Below are positions 63,779 to 64,000 of a stretch of DNA of 64,000 bases, one piece after another. The position numbers were made by a program, and so were the translations under genes. Position 1 is the first letter of the stretch; every line of letters starts with the position of its first letter. This DNA comes from Nitrospirota bacterium (GTDB taxonomy: Bacteria > Nitrospirota > Nitrospiria > Nitrospirales > NS-4). Below the pieces are notes generated by a model, which was not told the origin of the DNA, searched no databases, and was given only the letters and a program-made list of their open reading frames with translations. The stretch spans positions 384,001 to 448,000 of the forward strand of contig CAWBGA010000017.1 of NCBI GenBank assembly GCA_963788195.1, read 5' to 3'.

Positions 63779-64000
63779 ATGCCTGAAGGCTGGGTGATGT
63801 CAGGGGGGGTGATGGCCGCGCTGGTCCTGGCGCTGCTCGTCGTGATCGTCATCGCAAAAACCGCCGTGGTCGTGCCCCAGCAAAGCGCCTATGTTGTCGA
63901 ACGGCTGGGTCGCTATTCCTCGACGCTGAGCGCCGGCTTCCATCTGCTCGTGCCGTTTCTGGACGCGATCCGTTACCGGCATTCGCTCAAGGAAGACGCG
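63779..64000 (+). CDS. SPFH/stomatin-like protein, N-terminal part (runs off the window)
   Basis: TM, then AVVVPQQSAYVVERLGRYSSTLSAGFHLLVPFLDAIRYRHSLKE. Confidence 0.9.
   Translation, partial: MPEGWVMSGGVMAALVLALLVVIVIAKTAVVVPQQSAYVVERLGRYSSTLSAGFHLLVPFLDAIRYRHSLKEDA

Overview
Bacterial chromosomal window, most consistent with a Nitrospirota (Nitrospira-like) genome. This is inferred from gene content: short CxxC-x-CxxC Zn-ribbon microproteins, OB-fold-like secreted repeat proteins, a Rieske/cyt b-c fusion complex and c-type cytochromes. Many genes, including housekeeping ones (trpD, trpE, purD, purH, bioD, fabF, aspC, lon), are broken by single-base frameshifts, which most likely reflects long-read indel error rather than true pseudogenisation. 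Positions ~0.6-17 kb are an accessory/stress-type region around tRNA-Arg(CCT): sensor kinase, nitrosocyanin-like cupredoxin, DUF1328, cytochrome bc genes, Lon, CsbD, ChaB, an M48 peptidase and several unannotated microproteins, one of them metallothionein-like. Positions ~17-50 kb are mostly core genes: hpnD-like, MltD-like, bioF/fabG-like/bioD/fabF/acp, trpEGDC, radC, rsmD-coaD-aspC, an NtrBC-type pair, tsaC, purHDE, pilT/pilU, dnaE and accA. Positions ~51-64 kb hold a truncated Rph/PEP-utiliser, a DEAD-box helicase with a structured leader, a mini-MacB, a GlcD/GlcF fusion, a homocitrate-synthase-like enzyme, TerC, DUF4139 and nfeD-SPFH. The most striking unexplained structure is a family of 45-50 nt hairpin mini-elements in four clusters. 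They share a C-rich leader and a conserved 8-nt loop GCC(RR)GAC, but have about nine different yet complementary stems. In three places a 50-nt copy sits precisely inside the loop of another copy, and one cluster lies inside the ATPase domain of a histidine kinase. This pattern suggests a self-targeting, REP/RPE-like non-autonomous mobile system.
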